Shown here piece after piece: positions 40,656 through 50,914 of a DNA stretch of 64,000 nt; the stretch's first letter is position 1, and each line of letters opens with the position of its first letter. Made by a program: the position numbers and the translations under genes. The notes under the pieces were generated by a model that was given only the letters and a program-made list of their open reading frames with translations, made no database searches and had not been told where the DNA came from. The stretch is from an uncultured Gemmatimonadales bacterium. Its GTDB lineage: Bacteria; Gemmatimonadota; Gemmatimonadetes; Gemmatimonadales; GWC2-71-9. Location of the stretch: NCBI GenBank assembly GCA_963825055.1, contig CAWGSK010000013.1, forward strand, positions 160,001 through 224,000, given 5' to 3'.

Positions 40656-41077
40656 GACGTCAGGTGGGCACCGGCCCAGGAGCGGATGTATTCGATCAGG
40701 TCGGAAGTGGGCGTGCCGGGCCCGAAGAGTTTTCCCACGCCCGCCTGCTCGAGACTGTCCATGTCCTCCTGCGGGATGATCCCGCCACCCGTGAGCAGGA
40801 TATCCTCGCGGCCCTCCGCGTCCAGCAGCTGGCGGACCCGCGGGAACAGGGTCATGTGGGCCCCGCTCAGCACGGACAGGCCGACCACGTCGACGTCTTC
40901 CTGCACCGCGGCGCGGGCGATCATTTCGGGCGTCTGGTGGAGGCCGGTGTAGATCACCTCCATGCCGGCATCCCGGAGGGCCGCGGCCACAACCTTGGCG
41001 CCGCGATCATGGCCGTCCAGGCCGGGCTTGGCCACCAGCACCCGGACGGGGCGCGACGGGCTCTTCTGTTCAGTCAT
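40652..41077 (-). CDS. acyl-CoA mutase small cobalamin-binding subunit
   Basis: [12 protein letters not shown] (DxHxxG), [14 protein letters not shown]. Confidence 0.95.
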   Translation of the reverse strand: MTEQKSPSRPVRVLVAKPGLDGHDRGAKVVAAALRDAGMEVIYTGLHQTPEMIARAAVQEDVDVVGLSVLSGAHMTLFPRVRQLLDAEGREDILLTGGGIIPQEDMDSLEQAGVGKLFGPGTPTSDLIEYIRSWAGAHLTS

Positions 41078-41103
41078 GAGCGACCTGGGTAAGGGTTCCG
41101 GGC

Positions 41104-42261
41104 TCAGCGGAAGCGCAGCAGCCCCGCCAGCCCCTCGATGGCCCCGCGGGCTTCGGCGTCGTACACCACGTCCACGTCCACGCGCTGCCGGAGGCCTTCC
41201 TCGATGGCTTCGTCAACCACGTCCAGTACCGGGACCGCGTCGCCCTCGCCCCGGCAGCCGCGCTCGTGCAGCGCCAGCCGGCCGGAATCGGAGCAGCGGA
41301 AGCCGGGCATGACGGCATCGGCATCCACCAGCAGGGTGCGCACCTGGCCGCGGGCCAGCGCACGGAGCGTCGGCTCGACGCCGTTCACCGCCCAGTTGCT
41401 GCCGAGTCCTTCCATCATTTCCTGCATGACAGCGCGCTCGGCGAGGCGTTCGTAGGACTGTCGTACCTCGAGCGTGGCCTGGTGGACCGCCGCCTCGGTG
41501 GCTTCCTTCGGGTTGAGCCGCGCGGTGCCCATCACCCGCTCCGCCAGGTACGGGTGCAGGAAGGGCTCGATGGCACCGGCCGTCGCGCCCGTGCCCGCCA
41601 GCACGATGCCGAGCGCGGGCTCGCGCTGGTTGAGCGAGAAGAGGTGGTCGGCCACCTGTGCGTAGTGGCGCTGTTTCTCCTCACGGATCCGGTTGTTGTA
41701 GCTGTCCTCGCGCTGGCCCAGCCCCATCGCGTCCCGCGGGCCGTGGAACCTGCCGCCCCGGGTATAGTCGGCACGCATGCTGTCGAGTTCGTTCACCTCG
41801 AACGCGGTCACCTCGAAGAACCTGGCCGCCGTGCGGTCCAGCACGACTGTGAAGAGGCGCCCGAACTCATCCTCGGCGCTTGCCAGCTCGCGCACCAGCG
41901 GGGTGCGGTCCACCGCGAGGCGCGAGCGGTGCACCCGAGGCAGCGCCACCGCCTCGAACAGGCGGAGCGGGCGGCTCGCGAAGATGGCCACGCCCTGCGT
42001 GGGCGGCAGGTTCTCCGGGCTTCTGGCCCACTCGACGAGGTGGTCGAGGTCGTCCTGCACCGCTTCCCGCGTTTTCCGGTCCCAGTCGAGCTGGTCAATG
42101 GCCTGCTCAACCGCCTTCACCCGGTTCTTCAGCTTGATCAGGTACTTGTTCCGGGCGCGATCCCGGGGCTCCAGCTTGAGGTAACAGGAAACAACACGGT
42201 GGTTACCAGACTGGACGCGCGTGAGGCGCTCCAGCTGGCGGGCAATGGGTGATGCGGTCAT
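41104..42261 (-). CDS. bacterial archaeo-eukaryotic release factor (baeRF10/eRF1-like) protein
   Basis: VVSCYL...GVAIFAS...[10 protein letters not shown]-terminal eRF1 domain 3-like [18 protein letters not shown]...GLAGLLRF. Confidence 0.8.
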   Translation of the reverse strand: MTASPIARQLERLTRVQSGNHRVVSCYLKLEPRDRARNKYLIKLKNRVKAVEQAIDQLDWDRKTREAVQDDLDHLVEWARSPENLPPTQGVAIFASRPLRLFEAVALPRVHRSRLAVDRTPLVRELASAEDEFGRLFTVVLDRTAARFFEVTAFEVNELDSMRADYTRGGRFHGPRDAMGLGQREDSYNNRIREEKQRHYAQVADHLFSLNQREPALGIVLAGTGATAGAIEPFLHPYLAERVMGTARLNPKEATEAAVHQATLEVRQSYERLAERAVMQEMMEGLGSNWAVNGVEPTLRALARGQVRTLLVDADAVMPGFRCSDSGRLALHERGCRGEGDAVPVLDVVDEAIEEGLRQRVDVDVVYDAEARGAIEGLAGLLRFR

Positions 42262-42305
42262 GACGGTACTCCGTGCAATATGGTCCAGTCAGGACGGCGG
42301 CCGGC

Positions 42306-44009
42306 TCAGAAGAAGACGGGTTCACGATAGGTCCCGTAAACCGCTTCGAGCACGTGCCGGATCTCGAACAGGGTGCAGTAGGCCCGCGCGCAGTCAAGCA
42401 TCGCGGGCATCACGTTCCGGTCCTCCATGGCGGCTGCGCGGAGCGCCTCCAGCCGTTCCTCGACCAGGGCCTGGTCCCGCGTAGCGCGCATCGCGCCCAT
42501 GCGCTCCCGCTGGGAGCGCTCCGCCTCGTCGCCGATCTTCAGGATGTCCAGCGCGCGCTCGTCGGTCTCGACGAACTCGTTCAGCCCGACGATCACCCGG
42601 CGCCCCGCCTCGGCCTCCTGCTGGAAACGCGAGGCGCTGCGCGCAATCTCCCGCTGGAACCAGCCCGCGTCGATGGCGGCCACCACCCCGCCCTGCGCGT
42701 CGATCTCGGTGAACAGCGCCTCGGCCTCCTCCTCCAGACGACTGGTCAGCGCTTCCACGTAATAGCTGCCGCCGAGCGGATCGGCGACGTTGGGCACGCC
42801 TGTCTCGTACGCCAGGATCTGCTGGGTGCGGAGCGCCACGCGCACCGCCTCCTCGGTCGGGAGCGCGAGCGTCTCGTCCAGCGCGTTGGTGTGGAGCGAC
42901 TGCGTGCCGCCCAGGACGGCGGCCATCGCCTGGTAGGCCACCCGGACGATGTTGTTGAGCGGCTGCTGCGCGGTCAGCGTGACACCCGCCGTCTGGGAGT
43001 GGAACCGCATCGTCCAGCTCCGCGGGCTCGTGGCGCCGTAACGCTCCCGGAGGTGCCGGGCCCAGATCCGGCGCGCCGCCCGCATCTTGGCGATTTCCTC
43101 GAAGAAATCGTTGTGCACGTCCCAGAAGAACGACAGCCGCGGCGCGAACGCGTCCACGTCCAGGCCACGCGCCACGCCGTGCTCGACATAGCAGAACCCG
43201 TTGGCGAGCGTGAAGGCGAGTTCCTGCGCCGCCGTCGCCCCGGCCTCCCGGATGTGGTATCCGGAAATCGAGATGGTGTTCCAGTGGGGCGTGTGCTCGC
43301 TGGCCCACTCGAACATGTCCACGATCACCTTGAGCGCCGGCTCCGCCGGGAAGATCCAGGCGTGCTGCGCCATGTACTCCTTCAGGATGTCGTTCTGGAC
43401 CGTGCCCTGCAACCGGTCGATCGGCACGCCCTGCTTCTCTGCCGCGGCCACGTAGAAGCAGAAAAGGATCGGCGCGGGGCCGTTGATCGTCATGGAGGTG
43501 GACACCTCGCCGAGCGGGATGCCGTCGAACAGGGTCTCCATGTCCGCCAGGCTGGAGATGGCGACACCGCACTTCCCCACTTCCCCTTCGGAGCGCGGGT
43601 GGTCGGCGTCATAGCCCATGAGGGTCGGGAAGTCGAACGCGACGGACAGGCCGGTCTGGCCGCGGGAGAGCAGGAACTTGTAGCGCTGGTTGGTGTCTGC
43701 CGCCGTGCCAAACCCGGCGAACTGCCGCATGGTCCAGAGCCGGCCGCGATACATCGACGGGTGGATGCCCCGGGTATAGGGATACTGCCCCGGCATGCTG
43801 GAGGCCTCGACCAGGTCCGATGGCAGGTCGAGCGGCGTGTACACCGGCTCGACCTTCCGTCCCGAGACACTGGTGAAGTCGGTATCGCGCCGGAGCTTCT
43901 GCCCCGCGAATGCCGCCTCGTACTCGGCGACCTGCGCCCGCAGCCGTTCCAGCTCACGCTCCTGGGCCGCCAGCCTCGCGCCCAGCGCCGCCTTCCGGGT
44001 ATCCGTCAT
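42306..44009 (-). CDS. B12-dependent acyl-CoA mutase large subunit with isobutyryl-CoA mutase signature
   Basis: [46 protein letters not shown]. Confidence 0.92.
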   Translation of the reverse strand: MTDTRKAALGARLAAQERELERLRAQVAEYEAAFAGQKLRRDTDFTSVSGRKVEPVYTPLDLPSDLVEASSMPGQYPYTRGIHPSMYRGRLWTMRQFAGFGTAADTNQRYKFLLSRGQTGLSVAFDFPTLMGYDADHPRSEGEVGKCGVAISSLADMETLFDGIPLGEVSTSMTINGPAPILFCFYVAAAEKQGVPIDRLQGTVQNDILKEYMAQHAWIFPAEPALKVIVDMFEWASEHTPHWNTISISGYHIREAGATAAQELAFTLANGFCYVEHGVARGLDVDAFAPRLSFFWDVHNDFFEEIAKMRAARRIWARHLRERYGATSPRSWTMRFHSQTAGVTLTAQQPLNNIVRVAYQAMAAVLGGTQSLHTNALDETLALPTEEAVRVALRTQQILAYETGVPNVADPLGGSYYVEALTSRLEEEAEALFTEIDAQGGVVAAIDAGWFQREIARSASRFQQEAEAGRRVIVGLNEFVETDERALDILKIGDEAERSQRERMGAMRATRDQALVEERLEALRAAAMEDRNVMPAMLDCARAYCTLFEIRHVLEAVYGTYREPVFF

Positions 44010-45043
44010 ATCCGCGCACCCTGTTTCAGGTTCTCGAGCAGTTCCGCCGCCACGTCATACGGGCTCGTCCGGCCCTCGACGATCGCGTCCATCCTGGCCT
44101 CGACCACCTCTTCCGCCCGGCTCTCGTTCCAGATCCACTGGCGGACGGCCCGGTCCACCACCTCACGGGTCCGCTGGCGGAGCCGGGCCCGCCGCCGCGT
44201 GGCGAGCTCGCCGGACCGCTCGAGCCATGCGTGATGGGCGTCGAGCGCCTCCACCAGTTCCATAACTCCGGTGCCCTTCACGGCGATGGTGCCGAGCACC
44301 GGGGGCGTCCAGGCTGCGTCGCCGTGCTCCTCGGCGTCCTGCCGCGCGGCGGCGGTCTTGAGCGCCCCGTGATGGGCGGGCACGTGCCGCATCGTCCGGC
44401 CGGCCCGGATCCCGAGCATGACCGACAGCTCCTGGCGCAGGCGGTCCGCCCCCGGGCGGTCCGCCTTGTTCACCACGAAGAGGTCCGCCGCCTCGATCAC
44501 CCCCGCCTTCAGCACCTGAATCCCATCCCCCGACTCGGGCACCAGGATCAGGAGCGTGCTGTCGGTGGTCCGGGCAATCTCCAGCTCGCTCTGCCCCACC
44601 CCGACGGTCTCGACCAGGATCCGGTCGAACCCGGCGGCGTCCAGCACGTCGCAGACCTCGCGGGTGGTGGTCGCCAGCCCACCCAGCGACCCGCGGGTCG
44701 CCATGGAGCGGATGTAGACCCCCGGGTCCAGAGCCACGTCTTCCATCCGGATCCGGTCGCCCAGGAGCGCCCCGCCGGTGAACGGACTGGTCGGGTCGAC
44801 CGCCACCACCGCCACCGTCAGGTCCTGGGCCCGGAAGGCCCGGACGAGTTGCTCGGTGAGGGTGGACTTTCCGGCCCCCGGCGGGCCGGTGAGGCCGATC
44901 CGGCGGGCGCGCCCCTGCAGGGGGTGGATGGCCGACAGCACCTCCTCGAACCCGGGGCGGCCGTTCTCCACCATGGAAATGGTCCGGGCGATGGCCGGGG
45001 CACGGCGCGCCCGCAGGTCCGCGAGAAGACCTTCCAGATTCAT
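44006..45043 (-). CDS. meaB: mutase-associated GTPase MeaB
   Basis: [41 protein letters not shown]. Confidence 0.95.
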   Translation of the reverse strand: MNLEGLLADLRARRAPAIARTISMVENGRPGFEEVLSAIHPLQGRARRIGLTGPPGAGKSTLTEQLVRAFRAQDLTVAVVAVDPTSPFTGGALLGDRIRMEDVALDPGVYIRSMATRGSLGGLATTTREVCDVLDAAGFDRILVETVGVGQSELEIARTTDSTLLILVPESGDGIQVLKAGVIEAADLFVVNKADRPGADRLRQELSVMLGIRAGRTMRHVPAHHGALKTAAARQDAEEHGDAAWTPPVLGTIAVKGTGVMELVEALDAHHAWLERSGELATRRRARLRQRTREVVDRAVRQWIWNESRAEEVVEARMDAIVEGRTSPYDVAAELLENLKQGARI

Positions 45044-45101
45044 GCTGGAAACTCGCAGGGCTCAACGAGATAGGCAATGGCGCGTGGGGTCCGGCGCCGG
45101 G

Positions 45102-46739
45102 TCAGCGTTGCCGGAGCCGCGGATGGAAGCGGAGGGGATTCTGGAACAGGTGGCTCGGCAGCACGAAGATGACGAGAAACATGCCGAAGGAGACCAGCAG
45201 GCCCACGACCAGGATCTCCACCCGTCGGACCGCCAGGAAGATGATGCTCGTGATGAGCGCGATGGTGAACGCGAACACGGCGAGCAGGCCGCGCCGGACC
45301 TGCTGGGCCAGGAACCGCTGAAGTTCCAGCGTGTCCCGCGGGTGCCAGCGCACCCGCAACTCCTCCCGCTCCACCCGGCGGAGGAGGTCCCGAAGGGTGC
45401 GCACGACCGTCGCCGCCTCCTGGGTCCAGTCCAGCAGGTGGGTGCGGCCGTCGCTCTCCAGCAGGCCGGCCAGCAGCCGGGTACGCTGGCGCTCGATCAC
45501 GGGGCGGATGACGGCGATGCCGTTGAAGTTGGGGTCATACCGGAGGCCGATGCCCTCCACCAGCACCGCCGCCCTCCCGAAGTAGACCAGGTCGCTCGGC
45601 AGCATCAGCGGCCAGTCGTAGAATGTGGTGAGGACCCGTTCCACGATGCGCTGGAGCTGGCGCGGGGAGAGGTCGGTCCGGAACGAGATGGCCATCAGTT
45701 CCCGGGCGGCGTCCCGCACGGTGCCGCGGTCCACGTCGGGATCGAGGATGCCGAGTTCGTAGAAGCCGTTGATGACGCCGTCGACATCCCCCCGCCCCGC
45801 GGCCAGGACGGTCCCGATGATCCGGCGGCGGGTGTCCTTCTCCACGCTCAGCACCATGCCGAAATCCAGCAGGACCACCCTGCCCTCCCGGTCCACCAGG
45901 AGGTTGCCCGGGTGCGGGTCGGCATGGAAGATCCCGTCGACCAGCATCATCTGGAGATAGAGCTCCACGATCGTGCGGATGAGCGGCTGCAACTGCAGCT
46001 CGCCAGCGGCCAGGCGGTCCTGCAGCCGGTCGATCCGGGTGCCCTCGACGTACTCCAGCACCAGGACCCGCTGGTGGGTGAGCGACGTGATCACCTCGGG
46101 GATGACCACCCGCGGCTCGGACGCGAAATTCCGTCGCAGCAGTTCCGCGTACCGCGCCTCCTCGCGGAAATCCATCTCCTCCCAGATCCGCCGCTGGAAC
46201 TCCTGCACGATGGTCGTGATCGCGCGGACGTGGTGATTGGGAAAAAGCACGTTCAGGATGAAGAGAATCCGGAAGGCGACCTCCAGGTCGCCCCGCACCA
46301 GGTCCTCCACCCCCGGCCGGAGGATCTTCACCACGACGTCCCGACCCTCCCAGGTCGCGCGGTGCACCTGCCCCAGTGAGGCGGCGGCGAGCGGTTCCGC
46401 CTCGAAGTGGGAGAAGACCTCCTCCACGGTCTGGCCGAACTCCTCCCGCACCACGCGCTGCGCCACGCCCGGTTCGAGCGGCGGAACCCGGTCGGCCAGG
46501 GTGGAGACGGCCGTCAGGTACGGCTCGGGCAGGATGTCTGCCCGGGACCCGAACACCTGGGCCAGCTTGATGTAGGTCGGCCCGAGCCCGGCCAGGGTCC
46601 GGGTCAGGCGCTCGGCCCGTTGAAGATGGTGCTCCGCCGTGCGCCGCGCGGGCCGGCCGAACAGCACGAACCGGTGCCGGTCGCGCATGAAGGCCAGCAG
46701 GAACGGTGACAGGCGGAGCAGGACGACGAGAGCGCGCAT
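45102..46739 (-). CDS. ABC1/AarF/UbiB family atypical kinase
   Basis: LGPTYIKLAQ, AAASLGQVHRA, FHADPHPGN, DFGM; C-terminal TM segments. Confidence 0.93.
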   Translation of the reverse strand: MRALVVLLRLSPFLLAFMRDRHRFVLFGRPARRTAEHHLQRAERLTRTLAGLGPTYIKLAQVFGSRADILPEPYLTAVSTLADRVPPLEPGVAQRVVREEFGQTVEEVFSHFEAEPLAAASLGQVHRATWEGRDVVVKILRPGVEDLVRGDLEVAFRILFILNVLFPNHHVRAITTIVQEFQRRIWEEMDFREEARYAELLRRNFASEPRVVIPEVITSLTHQRVLVLEYVEGTRIDRLQDRLAAGELQLQPLIRTIVELYLQMMLVDGIFHADPHPGNLLVDREGRVVLLDFGMVLSVEKDTRRRIIGTVLAAGRGDVDGVINGFYELGILDPDVDRGTVRDAARELMAISFRTDLSPRQLQRIVERVLTTFYDWPLMLPSDLVYFGRAAVLVEGIGLRYDPNFNGIAVIRPVIERQRTRLLAGLLESDGRTHLLDWTQEAATVVRTLRDLLRRVEREELRVRWHPRDTLELQRFLAQQVRRGLLAVFAFTIALITSIIFLAVRRVEILVVGLLVSFGMFLVIFVLPSHLFQNPLRFHPRLRQR

Positions 46740-48076
46740 CAGAGGATCAGGCGATCGGCGAGCTGGAGCAGCAGCAGGAAGCCGCACACATCGGTGAAGG
46801 TGGTCACGAAGATCGAGGAGGCGACGGCGGGGTCGATATTGAGCCGGTCGAGCAGGATGGGAATGAATGCCCCGGCGAACCCGGCCACGAAGAGGTTCCC
46901 CACCATGGCCATGAACACCACCAGCCCGAGCATCGCGGTGTAGCCCAGCGCGCTCGAGGCCACGGCCACGACCGTTCCGATGGCCAGGCCGTTCACCAGC
47001 CCCACCACCATCTCCTTTCCAATCACCTGGAGCGACCGGCCGCGGGGTACCAGGCCGAGGGCGAGCCGGCGCACGGTCACCGCGAGCGCCTGGGTGCCGG
47101 CGTTCCCGCCCATGCCGGCGATGATCGGCATGATGGCGGCCAGCACGGTCATCCGGATGAGCGTATCCTGGAACAGCAGCACCACGCCACCGGCCAGGAA
47201 GGCCGTGATGAGGTTGACCAGCAACCAGGGGAGCCGGCTCCGCACCGCCTCATGCCAGCCGGCGGCGATGTCCTCGTCGGCCGAGCCGCCGGAGAACTTG
47301 AGCAGGTCCTCGGTGGTCTCCGCCTCGACGACGTCGGCCACGTCGTCGAAGGTGACCCGGCCGAGCAGGCGTCCGCTGGCATCCACGACGGGCACGCTCG
47401 GCAGGTTGTAGCGCGCCATGAGCCGCGCGACATCCTCCTGGTCCAGGTCCGGGGTGACGCGAATGTCCGCGCTCTCCATGAAATGGCCGACCGCGCGGCT
47501 CAGCGGGCTGATCACCAGGTCCTTCAGCGGCAGCAGGCCCACCAGCCGCCCGGCCCCGTCCACAACGAAGACCTGGTAGAAATCTTCCACATCCTCGGTC
47601 TGGTTACGGATCTGCTCGAGCGCTTCCCCCGCCGTCGCCGTCTCGGGCACGACCACAAGCCGGCTGGTCATCAGGCCGCCGGCTGTTTCCTCGTCGTAGC
47701 GGAGCAGGCGCTCGACCTCGCTCCGGTCCTCCACCGCCGTCAGGATCCGCTGCTGCTCCTCGGGCTCGAGCGCGCCGAGGATGTCGGCCGCCTCATCATC
47801 TTCCAGCTCCTCGACGATGTCTGCGGCCACGGCCGGATCGAGCGCGGCGAAGGTCTCCTCCGCCCGGGTCTCGTCCGGCATCTCCACCAGGGCAGGCCCT
47901 GAAATCTCCGGCGGCAGCACCCGGACGACCGCGAGGCGCTCGTCATCATCCAGGGACCCGAGCACGTCCGCCAGGTCGGGCGGTTCCAGGTCGTGCGCAC
48001 GGCGCACGAACTCGGTGAAGTTCGCACTGCGCACCAGCTCCCGCATCAGCTCGAGGTTCACCTTGCGGTCGGTCAT
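46739..48076 (-). CDS. mgtE: magnesium transporter MgtE
   Basis: YDEETAGGLM, CBS pair, RLPWLLVNL, GMGGNAGTQ, IDPAVAS, TTFTDV. Confidence 0.96.
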   Translation of the reverse strand: MTDRKVNLELMRELVRSANFTEFVRRAHDLEPPDLADVLGSLDDDERLAVVRVLPPEISGPALVEMPDETRAEETFAALDPAVAADIVEELEDDEAADILGALEPEEQQRILTAVEDRSEVERLLRYDEETAGGLMTSRLVVVPETATAGEALEQIRNQTEDVEDFYQVFVVDGAGRLVGLLPLKDLVISPLSRAVGHFMESADIRVTPDLDQEDVARLMARYNLPSVPVVDASGRLLGRVTFDDVADVVEAETTEDLLKFSGGSADEDIAAGWHEAVRSRLPWLLVNLITAFLAGGVVLLFQDTLIRMTVLAAIMPIIAGMGGNAGTQALAVTVRRLALGLVPRGRSLQVIGKEMVVGLVNGLAIGTVVAVASSALGYTAMLGLVVFMAMVGNLFVAGFAGAFIPILLDRLNIDPAVASSIFVTTFTDVCGFLLLLQLADRLIL

Positions 48077-49269
48077 GGTGTTTCCCGGTCCAGAACCGTG
48101 GCGGCGACGGTGGCGGGACGGATCAGGACCCGGTCCACCCGGTTGGGTGATGCCTGCAGGATGTCGAACTCGAGGCCGGCCAGCTGCACCCGCTCTCCCT
48201 GGAGCGGGATACGCCCGAGTCGGCCGGTGAGGACGCCGCCGATGGAGGTGGCGGGGTCATCGGGGAGCTGCACGCCGAACCGGTCCTCGATAGCCGAGAC
48301 GGGGGTGGCCCCATCGGCCTCGAGCATGTCCGGCGACGGAGGCCGGCCGGGAGTCCGGGCTTCGTCATGTTCGTCGTAGATCTCGCCGACCAGTTCCTCC
48401 AGCAGGTCCTCGAAGGTCGCGATCCCCAGCGTGCCCCCGAACTCGTCCAGCACGATGGCGAGGTGGCGGCGTTCGCGCTGCATGTCGAGCAGCAGGTCGC
48501 CGCACTTGCGGCTGGCGGGCGAGAGCGCCACGGGCCGGACGGGCAGCGGGTCGCCCGGCGCGAGCTTGAACAGGTCGAAGGCGTGGAGCATGCCGACGAT
48601 CTCGTCGAGCGTCTCCCGGTACACCGGCAGCCGGCTGTAGCCGCTCTCGGCGAACACGCGGCGGATCTCCTCCACCGGCGCCTGCTCCGCGATGGCGACG
48701 ATGTCGGTGCGTGGCGTCATCACCTCGCGCACCGGGCGGTCACTGAACGTCATCACCCCGGCCACCATGGAGAGCTCCGGGTCGGCCAGGAGCCCGGCGG
48801 CGGCCTCCTCGCGCAGGACCGCCTGCAGGTGCGCCTGGTGGAGCGGCGGTCTCGCCGGCAGGAAGGGCGACATCACGAGCGACCACGGCTTGAGCAGTGG
48901 AATGACCGCGGACACGATCCGCTCGGCGAACGGCAGCGCGAGCCAGCGCGGCACGAGGTATCCGCTGAAGAGCACGAGCGGCATCGCCACGAAGACCAGC
49001 AGGATGAGCAGCCACAGGAACCGGAACCCGGTGAACACCGCCGGCACCGAGACACCCAGCAGGATGACACCAAAGGAGGTGGCCGTGGCCGCGGCCGCGA
49101 GATGATGCTCCAGGACGACCAGCCGCTCGCCGGTGCTGGGCCCCGCGCCGCGCAGGCGCTGCGAGACCGCCCGGGTCAGCTCGCGGCGCCCCACCGTCAC
49201 CAGCGCAGCCGTCGACATGGCGCCGAACGCCGCGGTGCAGAAGCCTGCCAGCAGGGCGACCCAGATCAT
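48073..49269 (-). CDS. CNNM/hemolysin family CBS-CorC protein
   Basis: TM N-terminus; VREVMTPR, SGYSRLPVY, DEFGGTLG..TFEDLLEELVGEI. Confidence 0.9.
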   Translation of the reverse strand: MIWVALLAGFCTAAFGAMSTAALVTVGRRELTRAVSQRLRGAGPSTGERLVVLEHHLAAAATATSFGVILLGVSVPAVFTGFRFLWLLILLVFVAMPLVLFSGYLVPRWLALPFAERIVSAVIPLLKPWSLVMSPFLPARPPLHQAHLQAVLREEAAAGLLADPELSMVAGVMTFSDRPVREVMTPRTDIVAIAEQAPVEEIRRVFAESGYSRLPVYRETLDEIVGMLHAFDLFKLAPGDPLPVRPVALSPASRKCGDLLLDMQRERRHLAIVLDEFGGTLGIATFEDLLEELVGEIYDEHDEARTPGRPPSPDMLEADGATPVSAIEDRFGVQLPDDPATSIGGVLTGRLGRIPLQGERVQLAGLEFDILQASPNRVDRVLIRPATVAATVLDRETP

Positions 49270-50501
49270 GGCGACGGCTCCGCGCCGTTCGTTTCCGGGG
49301 CGAGGCGATCCACCCGGACCCGGCGGACCCGCCGCCGCACGACCAGGTCCGCCATGAGGCGGACGCCCTCGAGTACTACCGTCTCACCCGCGCGCGGCAC
49401 GTGGCCGAGCTCCGCCAGGACGAGCCCGCCCACCGTGGCGACGTCCTCCCGGCCGAAGTCCACGTCAAGGAACTCCTCGAGGTCGCTGAGCGCGGTCTTC
49501 CCGAGCACGAGGAGGCGGCCGTCGCCGACATCCCGGATCGGGGCCACCTCGTGGGTGTCGTACTCATCCTGGATCTCTCCCACGATCTGCTCGAGAATAT
49601 CCTCGAGCGTAATGATGCCGGCGGTCCCCCCGAATTCGTCCACCACCACGGCGAGATGCCCCCGTCCCCGCTGGAAGTCGCGGAGCTGGCGATCGAGCGT
49701 CTTCCCCTCAGGCACGAACGCCGCCGGCCGGATCAGTTCCTGCCACGGCCGGTCGCCCGCCGCGCCACCGAGTCGGGCGAGCATGTCCTTGGCGAAGAGC
49801 ACGCCGCTGATGGCATCGGGATGCCCCTCGTACACCAGGAGCCGCGCATGCTCCGACTGCTGCAGGATCCGGCTGACTTCCGTCTCGTCCGCCGCGATGT
49901 CCACGGCAATGACGTCGAGCCGGGGCGTCATCACTTCGTCCACCGTGGTATCGCTCAGGCTGAAGACGCCCAGCAGCATGTCGCGCTCCGCCGGCCCCGT
50001 CTGCGGAAGCCCCGCCCGCGTCAGGCGCTGGAGGGCGCGGCGGTCGGCCTCCGCCACGAGCCGGAGCAGCGGCGCCAGCAGGGTGAGGCTCCGGCCCGCG
50101 CCCGGACGCACCTGCGCCGGCAGGTCCGGACCGAGTGACGCCAGCAGTCTCGGGAGTGCGTCCCCCACGATCCACACCAGGCCGGTGGCGAGGACGATCC
50201 GCGCCAGCGCGGGTCCGGCGGGCCAGTGCCACCAGACGACGGCAAGTCCGGCGGACGCGCCCGCGAGCACCAGCAGCGCAAGGTGCGCGACGTGCAGCGT
50301 CCGGGCCGTCGCCAGGCCCGGGCCCCGTTCCGGCAGCTGGGCGGCCAGCACCTTCGGCAGGCCTGATTCGCCCTCGGCCGCGAGGGCGAGCCAGGCCGCC
50401 CACAGCGTGAAGCAGATGGCCAGCAGCGGAGCCAGGAGTTCGCGCAAGGTGCTGATGATCCCGGCGGGGTCCAGCAGCAGCACGGCGTGGAGTGCGTTCA
50501 T
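49266..50501 (-). CDS. CNNM/hemolysin family CBS-CorC protein
   Basis: VDEVMTPR, VVDEFGGTAGIITLEDILEQIVGEIQDEYD; ATGA overlap with ybeY. Confidence 0.9.
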   Translation of the reverse strand: MNALHAVLLLDPAGIISTLRELLAPLLAICFTLWAAWLALAAEGESGLPKVLAAQLPERGPGLATARTLHVAHLALLVLAGASAGLAVVWWHWPAGPALARIVLATGLVWIVGDALPRLLASLGPDLPAQVRPGAGRSLTLLAPLLRLVAEADRRALQRLTRAGLPQTGPAERDMLLGVFSLSDTTVDEVMTPRLDVIAVDIAADETEVSRILQQSEHARLLVYEGHPDAISGVLFAKDMLARLGGAAGDRPWQELIRPAAFVPEGKTLDRQLRDFQRGRGHLAVVVDEFGGTAGIITLEDILEQIVGEIQDEYDTHEVAPIRDVGDGRLLVLGKTALSDLEEFLDVDFGREDVATVGGLVLAELGHVPRAGETVVLEGVRLMADLVVRRRVRRVRVDRLAPETNGAEPSP

Positions 50502-50914
50502 GCCAGCCGCTCCACGTACTGCTCCTGCCGGCGCCACATCGGCGAGTGGGTACGGCCGGCATCCTCCGGATGATCCCAGCCGAGCACGTGCAGTGTCCCG
50601 TGCACGACCAGGCGCGCGATTTCCTCCCGCTCTGCCAGGCCGAGGCGTCGCGCGTTGCGCCGGGCCACCGCGCGGCAGACGTATACGTCCCCCGCCAGTC
50701 CGCCATCAGGGAGCGGAAGCGGAAACGCCAGGACGTCGGTTGGCGCATCGTGCCCCTTGTGGGCTCCGTTCAGGCGACGCATGACGCGCGGCCCGACGAA
50801 CGTGATGGACACCTGCGCGTCGGCCCGCTCGCCGGACAGGACACCCTCCACCAGCCGGCGCACCGTGCGCTCCGGCAGCGGCAGCACGCGGCCGCCGACC
50901 AGCACCTCACTCAC
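50498..50914 (-). CDS. ybeY: rRNA maturation endoribonuclease YbeY
   Basis: PTDVLAF, GDVYVC, HGTLHVLGWDH. Confidence 0.95.
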   Translation of the reverse strand: MSEVLVGGRVLPLPERTVRRLVEGVLSGERADAQVSITFVGPRVMRRLNGAHKGHDAPTDVLAFPLPLPDGGLAGDVYVCRAVARRNARRLGLAEREEIARLVVHGTLHVLGWDHPEDAGRTHSPMWRRQEQYVERLA

